From Alphaproteobacteria bacterium (lineage in GTDB: Bacteria > Pseudomonadota > Alphaproteobacteria > JAPYRI01): 64,000 nt of DNA. The stretch covers positions 6,275-70,274 of the forward strand of contig JAPYRI010000001.1 in assembly GCA_029941135.1 (NCBI GenBank), written 5' to 3'. Below, in pieces: positions 51,090 through 61,706 of this stretch. The notes beneath the pieces are model-generated. The model searched no databases and was not told the DNA's origin. It was given only the letters and a program-made list of their open reading frames with translations. The position numbers were made by a program, and so were the translations under genes. The stretch's first letter is position 1, and each line of letters opens with the position of its first letter.

Positions 51090-52797
51090 AGCGGCCTACC
51101 AGATCACGTGCCTGATCGTCGAAGGCGCTTTTGTCCACCCAAGTATCCCTTGGGTTTAATACGTCGGTCGGCACCCCTTCGCAACTTACCGGTACGGCAA
51201 AACCAAAGTTTGGATCTGTCCGCTTTTCAATCTTGTCAAGCGTACCGTCCAACGCCCCATGGAGAAGCGCACGGGTGATTTTGATCGGCATGCGGTGCCC
51301 GACCCCATACACCCCACCGGTCCAGCCGGTGTTAACCAGCCAGCATTTGACGTCATGTTCGGCCACTAAATCACGCAGCATATTGCCGTAGACCGATGGA
51401 TGACGCGGCATAAAGGGGGCGCCGAAACAGGTAGAGAATGTGGCTTGCGGCTCATTGCCCAGTCCTTTTTCTGTCCCGGCTAGTTTGGCCGTATAACCAG
51501 ATAAGAAGTGATACATGGCTTGCTCCGGCGTAAGCCTGGCGATCGGGGGCAAGACGCCGAACGCGTCAGCGGTCAGCATGATGATATTTTTAGGATGTCC
51601 GGCAATTCCAGCTTCAGACGCGTTCGGAATAAAGGACAGCGGGTAGGCGCCCCGCGTATTCTCCGTCAAACTGGCATCGTCCAAATCAAGTTTATGGGTG
51701 TTGGGGTCAAGAACCACATTTTCGAGCACGGTGCCGAAGCGCTGGGTGGTGGCATAAATTTCAGGCTCGGCTTCGGCGGATAGGCGGATCATTTTGGCGT
51801 AGCACCCGCCTTCAAAATTGAATACTCCGTCTTCACCCCAACCATGTTCGTCGTCACCGATCAGCGTTCGCGCCGGATCTGCGGACAGCGTGGTCTTTCC
51901 AGTGCCCGAAAGGCCAAAGAAAATAGCCGAGTCACCCGCTTCACCCAGATTGATTGAACAATGCATGGGCATAATCTGCTTGGCCGGCAGCAAGTAATTC
52001 AAAATGCTGAAAACTGATTTCTTGATTTCGCCGGCGTAAGACGTGCCGCCAATCAAAACCATCCGGGCACCAAAATTAACAACAACAAAAACTTCAGATC
52101 GAGTGCCGTCCAACTCGGGCGACGCCTGAAATCCGGGCGCGTGCAGGATGGTGAACTGGGGTTCGAAATCGCTGAGTTCTTCGCCAGAGGGCTGAATTAG
52201 CATGTGGCGGGTAAATAACGAATGCCATGCGGTTTCGGTAACCACCCGGACAGGCAGGCAATGGTCTCGATTGGCCCCGGCAAAGCTGTCTTGGACGAAC
52301 AATTCGCGCCCCTGCATGTAGGCGAGCATTTTTCTGTGCAATCCGTCGAATTTATCGACGGAAATCGGTTTATTAACTACGCCCCACCAGATGTCATTTT
52401 CACTGGAAGGTTCCTTGACAACAAATTTGTCGTTGGCGGATCGGCCGGTATGCTGGCCGGTCAGGACCACCAGCGGACCATTGTCGGCGACCTCGCCTTC
52501 ACCGCGCAGGATCGCCTGCTCATAAAGTGCTGCGTCGCCTAAATTCCAATAGGCCGTAGCAACATTATGAATGCCGTGTCTATCCAAGCCGTAACGACTT
52601 ACATGAGATCCGAAATTGTCCACCGCCCTGCTCTCCCTCGGTACTTGGCCGTTGTTTGATGTTACTGTTTTTACGACAACTACAAGACACCGGTCCCGTA
52701 ACATCTCTGGGTCACTATCTATGATATTTTTTGCCGTCGAGACCACTCGAAGAGAATATAACGAATACGATCCGGGCTCATGCCCAAGTGTTACCAT
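51016..52797 (-). CDS. pckA: Phosphoenolpyruvate carboxykinase (ATP).
   Basis: Kinase-1a P-loop ([13 protein letters not shown]), the [13 protein letters not shown]-terminal block, and a PckA-specific core. The true start is probably internal, either the TTG at 52585-87 (…LDRHGIHN…) or the ATG at 52702-04. The ORF-track start adds 65 or more residues. Confidence 0.9.
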   Translation of the reverse strand: MVTLGHEPGSYSLYSLRVVSTAKNIIDSDPEMLRDRCLVVVVKTVTSNNGQVPRESRAVDNFGSHVSRYGLDRHGIHNVATAYWNLGDAALYEQAILRGEGEVADNGPLVVLTGQHTGRSANDKFVVKEPSSENDIWWGVVNKPISVDKFDGLHRKMLAYMQGRELFVQDSFAGANRDHCLPVRVVTETAWHSLFTRHMLIQPSGEELSDFEPQFTILHAPGFQASPELDGTRSEVFVVVNFGARMVLIGGTSYAGEIKKSVFSILNYLLPAKQIMPMHCSINLGEAGDSAIFFGLSGTGKTTLSADPARTLIGDDEHGWGEDGVFNFEGGCYAKMIRLSAEAEPEIYATTQRFGTVLENVVLDPNTHKLDLDDASLTENTRGAYPLSFIPNASEAGIAGHPKNIIMLTADAFGVLPPIARLTPEQAMYHFLSGYTAKLAGTEKGLGNEPQATFSTCFGAPFMPRHPSVYGNMLRDLVAEHDVKCWLVNTGWTGGVYGVGHRMPIKITRALLHGALDGTLDKIEKRTDPNFGFAVPVSCEGVPTDVLNPRDTWVDKSAFDDQARDLVGRFKDNFVQFEGHVDEKVVAAAPEAA

Positions 52798-52965
52798 CCA
52801 GGCTCTTGCACGGGCCGCCTATCTCCGACCCAAACTCAACCGGAAAATACGAGTGTTCAACGCGACTCGCAATAGTATAGGTACAAAAATTTAAGTATTT
52901 TTAAACAGTTGTCCCAACTCGCCCTTGAATGTGAGTTAACCCTGGTCCAGGCACTCAAATCACCC

Positions 52966-53724
52966 CTAATTTGAAGGGTTTAGCGCGGCTTGCGCTAATT
53001 TTACCAAAGCCGCCCTCATTTCGCCGGGTGTAGTCGCGATATGCTCGAAATCGAGTCGCGCATATTCGCTCCGGTGAGACTCCTTTAAATCTAGACCATC
53101 GGGATCACACCCCGTAAGCCGCCAATCGCCCGGCGGCCGATCCAGCTGACGAGTGGCATACCCGGAGACCGCATCTCCATGCTCCGTGTTCATGTGTTCC
53201 ATTATGCCCTGCCCCGCCGTCGAGATTGTGTCGGCGATGTCGGCTGGGAGTATCACCTGCGATCCATCAACCCAATGAATACGGCCGAATCCCGCCACCA
53301 AATGGGCGCGCATCACTTCCATTCGGTAGAAAGAGAAATCGGCAAAGTCAGCATATTCAGCCGCTTCCGGGTGCCGGGCGAGAAACCGGGTCCGATGAGC
53401 GGCGACAGAAGATGGCCGCGCATGACCGAACAAGGTAACGCGGGATTGAGCCAAAGGGTCCGGCGCAGCATCTGTTGAAGCCGATACGAGGAGTGAAACC
53501 CGGGAATCGCTCGCGATGTTATTTGTGTGCTCGGCCAAGGTCGAAATGAGCAGCAAAGGCGCGCCGTCGTGGTCTGCGGCTATCTCAACCAATGATGTAT
53601 AGGGCCACCCTTCCCCACCGATGTTTGGGTTCGCCGACAATGTCCCCAAAGCCGCCGTGCCTTGGCGGCGGATCAACAGCCGCACATCCCGGCCGGTTTC
53701 GTCTGTCTGATCGTCCATAATCAA
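52966..53724 (-). CDS. HugZ-like / pyridoxamine-5′-phosphate-oxidase-fold protein with a DUF2470-like C-terminal domain (possible haem-utilisation or flavin-binding role).
   Basis: 252 aa. N-terminal PNPOx-like split-barrel (…RQGTAALGTLSANPNIGGEGWPYTSLVEIA…APLLLISTLAEHTNNI…) followed by a C-terminal DUF2470-like domain. Confidence 0.45.
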   Translation of the reverse strand: MIMDDQTDETGRDVRLLIRRQGTAALGTLSANPNIGGEGWPYTSLVEIAADHDGAPLLLISTLAEHTNNIASDSRVSLLVSASTDAAPDPLAQSRVTLFGHARPSSVAAHRTRFLARHPEAAEYADFADFSFYRMEVMRAHLVAGFGRIHWVDGSQVILPADIADTISTAGQGIMEHMNTEHGDAVSGYATRQLDRPPGDWRLTGCDPDGLDLKESHRSEYARLDFEHIATTPGEMRAALVKLAQAALNPSN

Positions 53725-53814
53725 TTAAAAATTCTCGGTCTTACCGGCCTGTTGGCCTAATATTCGAACAAAGGTAAGCTTACAGAGCAAACTGCCACAT
53801 GGGAGCGGCACGTT

Positions 53815-54519
53815 ATGGCGGCCACCATCGCCCTCGTCGACGATGATCGCAATATACTCGAATCAGTCAGCATGGCACTGGACGCTGAAGGATTTGAGGT
53901 TGTGACCTTTAACGACGGCGCGTCAGCGCTTTCTACACTGTCAGACAAAACTGTGGACCTCGTGGTTTTGGACATAAAGATGCCCCGGATGGACGGTATC
54001 GAAGTCCTGCAGCGCCTGCGCAAAGTTCAGGATATGCCGGTTATTTTCCTCACGTCCAAAAATGACGAGATTGATCAACTCCTGGGATTAAAAATTGGCG
54101 CCGACGATTACATCCCCAAACCTTTTTCCCAACGCATATTGATCGAGCGTATCCGCGCCGTATTGCGCCGGACAAACGGGACGCCGCCAGCCGCTGGCGC
54201 ACTCTCTGACACCGCCGGCAGCATAGTACAGGGTGCACTGGTTCTGGATCCAGCCCGCCACTACTGTGAATGGCAAGGCAGCGCCGTACAATTAACCGTA
54301 ACCGAGTTTCTCATATTGCAATCTCTGGCCTCGCGACCCGGGCTGGTTAAAAGCCGCGATCAATTGATGGATGCCGCTTATGGCGAGCAAATTTATGTGG
54401 ATGATCGCACGATCGACAGCCACATTAAGCGGCTACGCAAAAAAATAAGGGCCGTCGACCAAGATTTCTCCAGCATCGAAACCCTTTATGGCCTTGGATA
54501 TCGGTTCAATACCGCCTGA
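53815..54519 (+). CDS. chvI: OmpR-family response regulator ChvI.
   Basis: 234 aa. Near-collinear with ChvI of Sinorhizobium/Agrobacterium ([25 protein letters not shown]…[67 protein letters not shown]). Confidence 0.85.
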   Translation: MAATIALVDDDRNILESVSMALDAEGFEVVTFNDGASALSTLSDKTVDLVVLDIKMPRMDGIEVLQRLRKVQDMPVIFLTSKNDEIDQLLGLKIGADDYIPKPFSQRILIERIRAVLRRTNGTPPAAGALSDTAGSIVQGALVLDPARHYCEWQGSAVQLTVTEFLILQSLASRPGLVKSRDQLMDAAYGEQIYVDDRTIDSHIKRLRKKIRAVDQDFSSIETLYGLGYRFNTA

Positions 54520-56086
54520 CCCAGGCCGATTCCGCCCGCGGGGACCGTTTTCATCCCTGACTCGTCGGATTTTCGCCATCAATGCAATCGCGCTCGGAAT
54601 TTTGGTGGCTGGGGTTTTGTATCTTGATCGTTTCGAAGCCGGATTGATCGAAGCCCGTGGCCAAGGGCTTAAAACCCAAGGCGAAATTATTGCCGGCGCC
54701 CTAGCGGAAGCCGCCACATCCGGCCCTGAATCAGCGCGGATCAAACTCGACCTGGCCAATCAAATTTTGCATCGTCTCGTGGTCCCAACCAATACTCGGG
54801 CGCGCTTGTTTGGGACCGGCGGACAACTGGTGGCGGACAGCCGGCGCTTACTGCCGACCCAGCAAGTCATTGTCCGAGAGCTGCCGGCCCCAGGCGCTTG
54901 GAGCGAACAGTGGTCCAATGTTTTGTACGACAGAATTGCGTCATTGCTGTCATCGCGCGCAACACTTGATCTTTATCGCGAAAGCCCGCGGCAAAGTGCG
55001 CGCGACTACGAGGAAGTTGTTCAAGCCCTCCTGGGCAACCCCACATTCAAGGTGCGTAGAACCCGAGAAGGCTCCTTGCTCCTCAGCGTTGCCTTGCCCG
55101 TCCAGCGCTTGAAACTGGTGCTTGGTGCCTTCATGCTATCGGCGGAAGCCATTGATATTGATCAGTCTTTGCGGGAACAACGGTTAGCGATCCTGGGGAT
55201 TTTTGGCACATCCCTGGTGGTCACGGTGCTTCTGTCCTTGTTCTTAGCAGGCACCATCGCGCGACCGGTGCGGCAGTTGGCCGAAGCCGCTGACCGGGTG
55301 CGAAGTGGGATAAGCCGGCGTATTCCGGTACCAGACTTCACCTTGCGCCGGGATGAAATCGGCGACTTGTCGGGTGCGTTGCGGGACATGACCCAAGCGC
55401 TGTATAGGCGCATGGATGATATCGAAAAGTTTGCCGCCGACGTGGCTCACGAAATTAAAAATCCGCTCACTTCATTGCGTAGTGCCGTCGAAACTTTTGA
55501 TCGTACGGACGACCCGGTAAAACAGCGTCGGTTGATTGAAATTATTGGCAATGACGTGAAGCGACTGGACCGGTTGATCACCGAGATATCGGACGCGTCA
55601 CGTTTAGATGCGGAATTATCGCGGGCAGAGAAAGAAACAATTGATCTGCCTAAACTCCTCGCTGAGCTGATTGGGTTTTACCAAGATCGGGATCAAGCCT
55701 ATGCCGGTCAGGTATCCCTGCGGCTCCCGAGTGCGATAAATATGGAGCTATCCGGCATTGCCGGACGGCTGGGCCAGGTATTTCGCAATTTGATCGACAA
55801 CGCGCTCTCATTCAGCCCAGCCGAGGCACCTGTTGTCGTGACATGCTTTCGTGATGATGGGTGGGCGGTGGTAACCATCGAAGATAGGGGGCCGGGTATA
55901 CCTAATGAAAACCTGGAAACCATATTTGAACGTTTTTATTCCGAGCGACCATCAACCGAGACTTTCGGCACTCATTCCGGGTTGGGGCTCAACATTGCCA
56001 AGCAAATCGTAGAAGCCCATGGGGGGTCCCTTCGTGTTCAAAATTGCAATCCAGGCGCCCGTTTTGAAGTCAGGCTGCCATTCTAG
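54488..56086 (+). CDS. chvG: Sensor histidine kinase ChvG (ExoS).
   Basis: 532 aa. Two TM segments, a HAMP domain, an H-box ([18 protein letters not shown]) and an HATPase_c domain (…[16 protein letters not shown]…). It overlaps chvI by 32 nt. Confidence 0.8.
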   Translation: MALDIGSIPPDPGRFRPRGPFSSLTRRIFAINAIALGILVAGVLYLDRFEAGLIEARGQGLKTQGEIIAGALAEAATSGPESARIKLDLANQILHRLVVPTNTRARLFGTGGQLVADSRRLLPTQQVIVRELPAPGAWSEQWSNVLYDRIASLLSSRATLDLYRESPRQSARDYEEVVQALLGNPTFKVRRTREGSLLLSVALPVQRLKLVLGAFMLSAEAIDIDQSLREQRLAILGIFGTSLVVTVLLSLFLAGTIARPVRQLAEAADRVRSGISRRIPVPDFTLRRDEIGDLSGALRDMTQALYRRMDDIEKFAADVAHEIKNPLTSLRSAVETFDRTDDPVKQRRLIEIIGNDVKRLDRLITEISDASRLDAELSRAEKETIDLPKLLAELIGFYQDRDQAYAGQVSLRLPSAINMELSGIAGRLGQVFRNLIDNALSFSPAEAPVVVTCFRDDGWAVVTIEDRGPGIPNENLETIFERFYSERPSTETFGTHSGLGLNIAKQIVEAHGGSLRVQNCNPGARFEVRLPF

Positions 56087-56142
56087 ATGTGACGGTTCCA
56101 CTGCTGCCTAAATATTGACACAACTCAGCGAGTAGCGCAGGT

Positions 56143-56586
56143 TTGGCGATCATGGACTTAATGCACGCGACTTGTGTCGAAGTGGACGGCGTTGGTGTCC
56201 TGCTGCGGGGACCATCGGGAAGCGGCAAATCAGACTTGGCTTTGCGGCTGATGAACGAAGGCGCGCGCCTGGTTTCAGATGATCAGGTGGCGATCCGGGT
56301 GGCTGGCGGACACCTTATCGCGGCGGCGCCGGATGCCCTTGATGGCATGATAGAAGTGCGAGGTATGGGGGTCATCTCGGTTCCCAGTGTGGCCCAGGTC
56401 AGAATTGAATTGATGGTTGATTTAGTGCCCGCAGAGGACCTTAGCCGCCTGCCGGAGCCTACGCATCTGGATATTGGAGGTATTGCGTTGCCCTTGTTTT
56501 TCATGGCGCCGTTCGAGGGCTCAGCAACAGCTAAATTACGCCTTGCGGTAAGAGCAGTGCGGCATGACATCGTACACAACGGCTAG
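56143..56586 (+). CDS. hprK: HPr kinase/phosphorylase, C-terminal-domain-only alphaproteobacterial form.
   Basis: 147 aa. P-loop GPSGSGKSDLALRL. This is the typical short HprK found downstream of chvG in alphaproteobacteria. Confidence 0.8.
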   Translation: MAIMDLMHATCVEVDGVGVLLRGPSGSGKSDLALRLMNEGARLVSDDQVAIRVAGGHLIAAAPDALDGMIEVRGMGVISVPSVAQVRIELMVDLVPAEDLSRLPEPTHLDIGGIALPLFFMAPFEGSATAKLRLAVRAVRHDIVHNG

Positions 56587-57541
56587 CCGAAGCAAAGTGA
56601 CACCCATGGTCGATCAAGCCCCCGTGTCCACCTTCAATACTTCTGCCCGGCGGCGGGTGTTACTGGTGACCGGGTTGAGCGGCTCAGGCCGGTCCACTGC
56701 GCTAAGAGCGCTGGAAGACCTGGGCTATGAGGCGATCGACAATTTGCCTTTATCGTTGCTGTATTCTGCTCTGGGATTGGACGCAACAGGCGCGAGTACC
56801 AGTCCGGCACCTAGCCGCGCTCCGCGCAAACCTATGGCCATCGGTCTCGACAGTCGAACGCGCGGTTTTGATCCGATCGCGTTCAGTCGCCGGGTCGACG
56901 TATTGCGTGCGATTCCCGATCTCAAAACCGAAGTTTTGTTTTTTGATAGCGAAGATGACGTTATTGCCCGCCGCTATACCGAGAACCGGCGGCGACACCC
57001 CTTAAGCCCAGACCGGTCATTGGCCGACGCCATATGCGAAGAGAGAGCGTTGCTCACCCCAGTGCGAAATCTAGCCGATTACGTCCTGGACACGTCCGCC
57101 CTTTCGTTGAACGATACCCGGCGTCTCATTTCAGGCAATTTCACGCTCGATGAAGATGCCGGTCTTGCACTTGCAGTCACCTCGTTTTCATATGGCAAGG
57201 GACTGCCGCGCGAATCAGACCTGGTTTTCGATGTGCGCTTCTTGTCCAATCCCCATTATGTTGACGAATTGCGCGACCATACAGGTCTTGACCCGCAAGT
57301 TTGCAGCTATATAACCGCCGACCCGGCGTTCCCGCCGTTTTTCGGAAGTGTCGGTGAATTATTGCTTTCCCTGCTTCCTCAGTATCGCCGCGAAGGCAAA
57401 AGCTATTTGACCGTCGCCTTTGGGTGCACCGGCGGGCGGCACCGATCTGTGTTTGTGGCTGAAAAGTTGGGTACCCTTTTGCGCGACGAAGGGTATCATG
57501 TCAGTGTCCTGCATCGGGATATGTCCTTAGGAACCCTCTGA
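56564..57541 (+). CDS. rapZ: RNase adapter protein RapZ (YhbJ) P-loop NTPase.
   Basis: Walker A VLLVTGLSGSGRSTALRALEDLGYEAIDNLP and the C-terminal …GCTGGRHRSV… motif. The likely start is the ATG at 56606. Confidence 0.8.
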   Translation: MTSYTTASRSKVTPMVDQAPVSTFNTSARRRVLLVTGLSGSGRSTALRALEDLGYEAIDNLPLSLLYSALGLDATGASTSPAPSRAPRKPMAIGLDSRTRGFDPIAFSRRVDVLRAIPDLKTEVLFFDSEDDVIARRYTENRRRHPLSPDRSLADAICEERALLTPVRNLADYVLDTSALSLNDTRRLISGNFTLDEDAGLALAVTSFSYGKGLPRESDLVFDVRFLSNPHYVDELRDHTGLDPQVCSYITADPAFPPFFGSVGELLLSLLPQYRREGKSYLTVAFGCTGGRHRSVFVAEKLGTLLRDEGYHVSVLHRDMSLGTL

Positions 57542-57565
57542 TCATCTGCCGGGAGTAAATGGATT

Positions 57566-57982
57566 ATGGCGGACGCCATTGGTCTTGTACTGGTCACCCA
57601 TGGAGGTTTGGCCGAACAATTTGTCGCGGCGATGGAGCACGTTGTTGGTCCCCAGGAGGGCGTGCGGGCCGTGTCCATTGGACCCGACGATGATATGGAG
57701 CAGCGCCGCAAAGATATTATGAAAGCGGTCGAGGACTTGGATCGGGGGAGTGGCGTTATAGTCCTGACTGATATGTTTGGCGGCACGCCCTCCAACTTGG
57801 CGATCTCGATTATCGGCAACGCGAACGTCGAAGTTTTGGCCGGGGTTAATCTGCCAATGCTGATTAAGCTCGCGAGTGTGCGCCAGTCTTTAACCCTTGC
57901 AGAAGCGGCGCAGGCCGCACAGGATTCGGGACGGAAATATATAAACTTGGCTTCCCGGTTATTGGCTGGTGAAGAAACGTGA
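57566..57982 (+). CDS. PTS EIIA component, mannose/fructose family (EIIA-Man, ManX-like).
   Basis: 138 aa. LVLVTHGGLAEQF… carries the phospho-His (His10) characteristic of EIIA-Man. Confidence 0.8.
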   Translation: MADAIGLVLVTHGGLAEQFVAAMEHVVGPQEGVRAVSIGPDDDMEQRRKDIMKAVEDLDRGSGVIVLTDMFGGTPSNLAISIIGNANVEVLAGVNLPMLIKLASVRQSLTLAEAAQAAQDSGRKYINLASRLLAGEET

Positions 57983-58260
57983 CGGCGGCCGAGGCCGCCA
58001 GCGCCGACGTTAAAATCCTCAACCGGCGTGGGTTACACGCCCGCGCCGCCGCCAAGTTCGTCCGCGCCGCCGAGCAGTTCGACGCCGACATCCAAGTATC
58101 GAAAGACGACCAAACCGTTCCCGGCACTTCCATCCTCGGCCTGATGATGCTGGCCGCATCCATGGGAACTCTCATACACATCGAAGCTACAGGCGATGAA
58201 CGGGATGCCGCCGTGGCGGCGCTGGTAACGTTGATCGAAAAGCGCTTCGACGAAGATTAA
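57979..58260 (+). CDS. HPr-family phosphocarrier protein (NPr/HPr).
   Basis: 93 aa. ILNRRGLHARAAAKFV contains the phospho-His. The start is a GTG overlapping the EIIA stop (GTGA). Confidence 0.75.
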   Translation: MTAAEAASADVKILNRRGLHARAAAKFVRAAEQFDADIQVSKDDQTVPGTSILGLMMLAASMGTLIHIEATGDERDAAVAALVTLIEKRFDED

Positions 58261-58269
58261 ACCCGCCGC

Positions 58270-59256
58270 CTAGCGAAAAGGATCGTCCGTGCCCAAGTAA
58301 TTGCCGATGTAATTGGCAACCCCGTCTTCTAGGGAGGTGAAGGGGTTGTCGTAGCCCGCTGCCCGCAGACGGTCCATGGGGGCTTCGGTGAAATACTGAT
58401 AGCGATCGCGTATACCCACCGGTGTGTCGACAAAATCGATATTTGGCGCGCATTCAACAGCGCGGTAGACCGCGTGGGCGAGGTCCAGAAACGTGCGCGC
58501 GGCGCCGGTGCCTAAATTGAACAGGCCGTTGACGGTGGCCTGGTCGAGCAGCCACAACACCACGTCGACGCAGTCGTCAACATAGACAAAATCGCGCCGC
58601 TGCTCCCCGTCTTTGCAATCATTCCGGTGCGAGCGGAACAGGCGCACAGGATTGCCGGCTGCCACGTCCGGGTAGATTTGCGCGACCACGCTTTTCATTG
58701 GCCCTTTGTGACCTTCATTGGGGCCATAAACGTTGAAGAACTTCAAACCCGTCCATCGACGCGGCGTGGGGTCCTTGCGGGCCACCAGGCGGGCAATCCG
58801 GCGGTCGAACAGATGCTTACTCCAACCGTAGGGATTGAGCGGTCGGAGGGGACCCAGACCATCGACCGAGCCGTCATCATCGAAACCGCGCGTCCCATCC
58901 CCATAGGTGGCAGCGGACGACGCATAGATAAACTGCGCACCCCTCTCCGTGCACCAATTCCAGAGCGCGAGCGAAAATCTGAAGTTCGTGTCGATGATCA
59001 GGTCGGCGTCGCGCTCGGTGGTGGCGGATATCGCTCCCATGTGAATGATAGCCTCAACCGCGTTGCCATGATCGCTTAAATACTCAAACAATTGTTCGGG
59101 CGCGACGATATCGGCCACTTCCGACTTGGCGATATTGCGCCATTTGTCTCCCTTGCGCAGACGATCGCAGATAACCACGTCGGCGGTCGCGCGGGTACAG
59201 AGCGCGTTGACGATGTTGGAGCCGATGAAACCCGCCCCCCCGGTCACAATGATCAT
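58270..59256 (-). CDS. hldD: ADP-L-glycero-D-manno-heptose 6-epimerase.
   Basis: 328 aa. N-terminal Rossmann fold MIIVTGGAGFIGSNIV and an SDR catalytic YxxxK (…SSAATYGD…). Confidence 0.85.
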   Translation of the reverse strand: MIIVTGGAGFIGSNIVNALCTRATADVVICDRLRKGDKWRNIAKSEVADIVAPEQLFEYLSDHGNAVEAIIHMGAISATTERDADLIIDTNFRFSLALWNWCTERGAQFIYASSAATYGDGTRGFDDDGSVDGLGPLRPLNPYGWSKHLFDRRIARLVARKDPTPRRWTGLKFFNVYGPNEGHKGPMKSVVAQIYPDVAAGNPVRLFRSHRNDCKDGEQRRDFVYVDDCVDVVLWLLDQATVNGLFNLGTGAARTFLDLAHAVYRAVECAPNIDFVDTPVGIRDRYQYFTEAPMDRLRAAGYDNPFTSLEDGVANYIGNYLGTDDPFR

Positions 59257-59265
59257 GGTTGCTCC

Positions 59266-60741
59266 CTATTTTCCGCCAACGCCGGAACCGCTTTTGGTCC
59301 CGGACAGGCGCGCGATGGTGTCCGTAGTGCTGTGGCCGGCTGTCAATTCAGCGAGCAGCACCTGGCCGCCATAACTTTGCACCATGTCACCGCCGACCAC
59401 CTGATCGACCGTGTAGTCAGCACCCTTGACCAGCACGTCGGGGCGCATGGCGTCAATCAATGCGAGCGGCGTGTCGTCCGCGAACAGCACCACCATATCG
59501 ACCGGACCCAGCGCCGCCAGCACGGTCGCCCGCGCGCGCTGGTTCTGCACGGGACGTTCAGGACCTTTGAGGCGCGCAATGGACTGATCGGTGTTCAAAC
59601 CGACCACCAAACGGTCGCAGGCGGCCCGCGCCTGGGTGAGTAGGGATATATGCCCGGGGTGAATGAGATCAAAGCAGCCGTTGGTAAATCCGATGCGGTC
59701 GCCTGATCGGCGCCAGCGTTCTATCCGGTCAAGAGCCGGTTGAAGGGCGCAGACTTTATTGCCGCTCGCGCGCAATTCGTCCCTATGGGCGGCGGCAACC
59801 AACTCCTCGGCATGCACTACCGCCGTGCCCGCCTTGCCAACGGCCACCCCGGCGGCCAAGTTTGCCGCCCGTGCAGCTGCCGTCAATTGCGCTCCTGTCC
59901 CTAAGGCCAGAGCCAAGGTGGCGACCACGGTATCGCCCGCGCCGGAAACATCAAACACATCCCGCGCTTCGGCTGGCAAATGAACGACGTCACCCTCGCC
60001 TGCGACCAAAGTCATACCGTCCGCGCTGCGGGTCACCAATAGGGCGCCGAGGTTTGCGCGTTCGATCCACGCGCGCGCCGCTGCGACCACATCATCGTCC
60101 GTCGCGCACGCTTGCTCACTGGCGGCAGTCAATTCCAAACGATTTGGGGTCAACAGCGTGACCCCGGCATATCGAGTGAAATCCGTGCTTTTGGGGTCGG
60201 CAATGACTGGTTTACCCGCTGCCGCCGCCGCATCGATCAATTGCCGCAAGAGAGCGTCCGACAAAACACCCTTGGCGTAGTCAGATAAAATGATCGCATC
60301 ATGGTCTGGTAAAGCTACCTCAAACGCGGCTTTAATGCGCACGGCGGCATTGTCCGATAGCGGATCTGTGATTTCCATGTCCGCTCGCAATAATTGCTGG
60401 GAGCCCGACACAAAACGGGTTTTCTGCGTGGTCGGGCGCCCCGGCGCCACTACCAGTGAGGCCGTAATATGGGCATCCGCCTCCACGAGCGCGGCTATCT
60501 TCCGCCCCGCTGGATCGTCGCCGACGACCGCTAGAACCGTTGCTTGGGCGCCAAATCCGGCCACATTGCGGGCCACATTGCCAACCCCGCCAAGCATTTC
60601 TGTTTCGCGCTCCACCCGCAAAACAGGGATCGGCGCCTCGGGCGATATCCGCGCCACCGCGCCCGCTACAAACCGATCGAGCATGATGTCGCCCACACAC
60701 AGAATGCGCGCACGCGCCAAACTCTCAACCAGCGCCGTCAT
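59266..60741 (-). CDS. hldE: Bifunctional D-glycero-beta-D-manno-heptose-7-phosphate kinase / heptose-1-phosphate adenylyltransferase.
   Basis: N-terminal PfkB sugar-kinase domain plus C-terminal cytidylyltransferase (…GFTNGCFDLIHPGHISLL…). Likely start at 60739-60741 (MTALVESLARARILCVGD…). The ORF-track start at 60900 adds 53 aa. Confidence 0.9.
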   Translation of the reverse strand: MTALVESLARARILCVGDIMLDRFVAGAVARISPEAPIPVLRVERETEMLGGVGNVARNVAGFGAQATVLAVVGDDPAGRKIAALVEADAHITASLVVAPGRPTTQKTRFVSGSQQLLRADMEITDPLSDNAAVRIKAAFEVALPDHDAIILSDYAKGVLSDALLRQLIDAAAAAGKPVIADPKSTDFTRYAGVTLLTPNRLELTAASEQACATDDDVVAAARAWIERANLGALLVTRSADGMTLVAGEGDVVHLPAEARDVFDVSGAGDTVVATLALALGTGAQLTAAARAANLAAGVAVGKAGTAVVHAEELVAAAHRDELRASGNKVCALQPALDRIERWRRSGDRIGFTNGCFDLIHPGHISLLTQARAACDRLVVGLNTDQSIARLKGPERPVQNQRARATVLAALGPVDMVVLFADDTPLALIDAMRPDVLVKGADYTVDQVVGGDMVQSYGGQVLLAELTAGHSTTDTIARLSGTKSGSGVGGK

Positions 60742-60941
60742 ATCCTCTAATCCGATTTCCGTCACCGTTTGCCGCCCCGTGCTTTCCGAGACCCCCATAA
60801 CCCTGATAAACCAGGTAAAAATACCGACATCCGGCGACAAAGCCAGCTTGTTCCCTCTAAGATACCCAACCATATTCCGAGTAGCGCCCAAAAATGTCAC
60901 CGGAAAATGCGCGTATCACTTTGAAATTAATGAGGTAATCC

Positions 60942-61706
60942 TTGTCGACCCCGGTTATAGAAGTTTCGAATCTTCGCAAGACATTTGATCAGGTTACCGC
61001 CGTGGACGACCTCAGTTTGCGCGTGGAAAGCGGTCAACTGGCGGGATTGCTGGGCGGCAACGGCGCCGGCAAAACCACCACCATAGGCATGATTTTGGGT
61101 CTGGTTTTGCCCGATGAGGGGTCTATTTACGTGCTCGGCCACGACATGGCTCGCCATCGCTACCGGGCACTGCCGCGGATGAATTTCTCCTCGCCCTACG
61201 TCGACCTACCAAGGCGATTGACGGTCGCCCAAAACTTGGGTGTTTATGCCCGCCTGTACGGCTTAAGCGACATCCCCGGGCGCATTCGCCGTTTCGCCCG
61301 CGAACTCGACTTGGGCGCGTTTATTGACCGGCCGGTGGGCACCCTGTCGGCCGGCCAAAAAACCCGGGTTGCGATTGCCAAAGCGCTCATCAACGACCCC
61401 TATTTATTGCTCCTGGACGAACCCACGGCATCGCTTGACCCGGACACGGCGGATTGGGTGCGGGGCTACCTGGAGCAGTATCAGGCGCGCACAGGGGCGG
61501 CTATTCTGCTCGCCTCCCACAACATGGCCGAAGTGGAACGCATGTGCTCGAACGTGTTGATGATGCGCGAAGGCAAACTGGTCGACGAGGGCACCCCAAG
61601 CGCACTGATAGCGCGCTATGGCCGCGCCAACATGGAGGAGGTATTTTTGGATATCGCCCGGGGCCAAGGCTGGGATCAGGTCGCCACCAAGAAGAGCGGA
61701 TCATGA
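60942..61706 (+). CDS. ABC transporter ATP-binding protein (ABC-2 exporter type).
   Basis: Walker A GLLGGNGAGKTT, signature LSAGQKTRVAIAKAL and Walker B LLLLDEPTASLD. The stop overlaps the permease start (ATGA). Confidence 0.85.
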   Translation: MSTPVIEVSNLRKTFDQVTAVDDLSLRVESGQLAGLLGGNGAGKTTTIGMILGLVLPDEGSIYVLGHDMARHRYRALPRMNFSSPYVDLPRRLTVAQNLGVYARLYGLSDIPGRIRRFARELDLGAFIDRPVGTLSAGQKTRVAIAKALINDPYLLLLDEPTASLDPDTADWVRGYLEQYQARTGAAILLASHNMAEVERMCSNVLMMREGKLVDEGTPSALIARYGRANMEEVFLDIARGQGWDQVATKKSGS

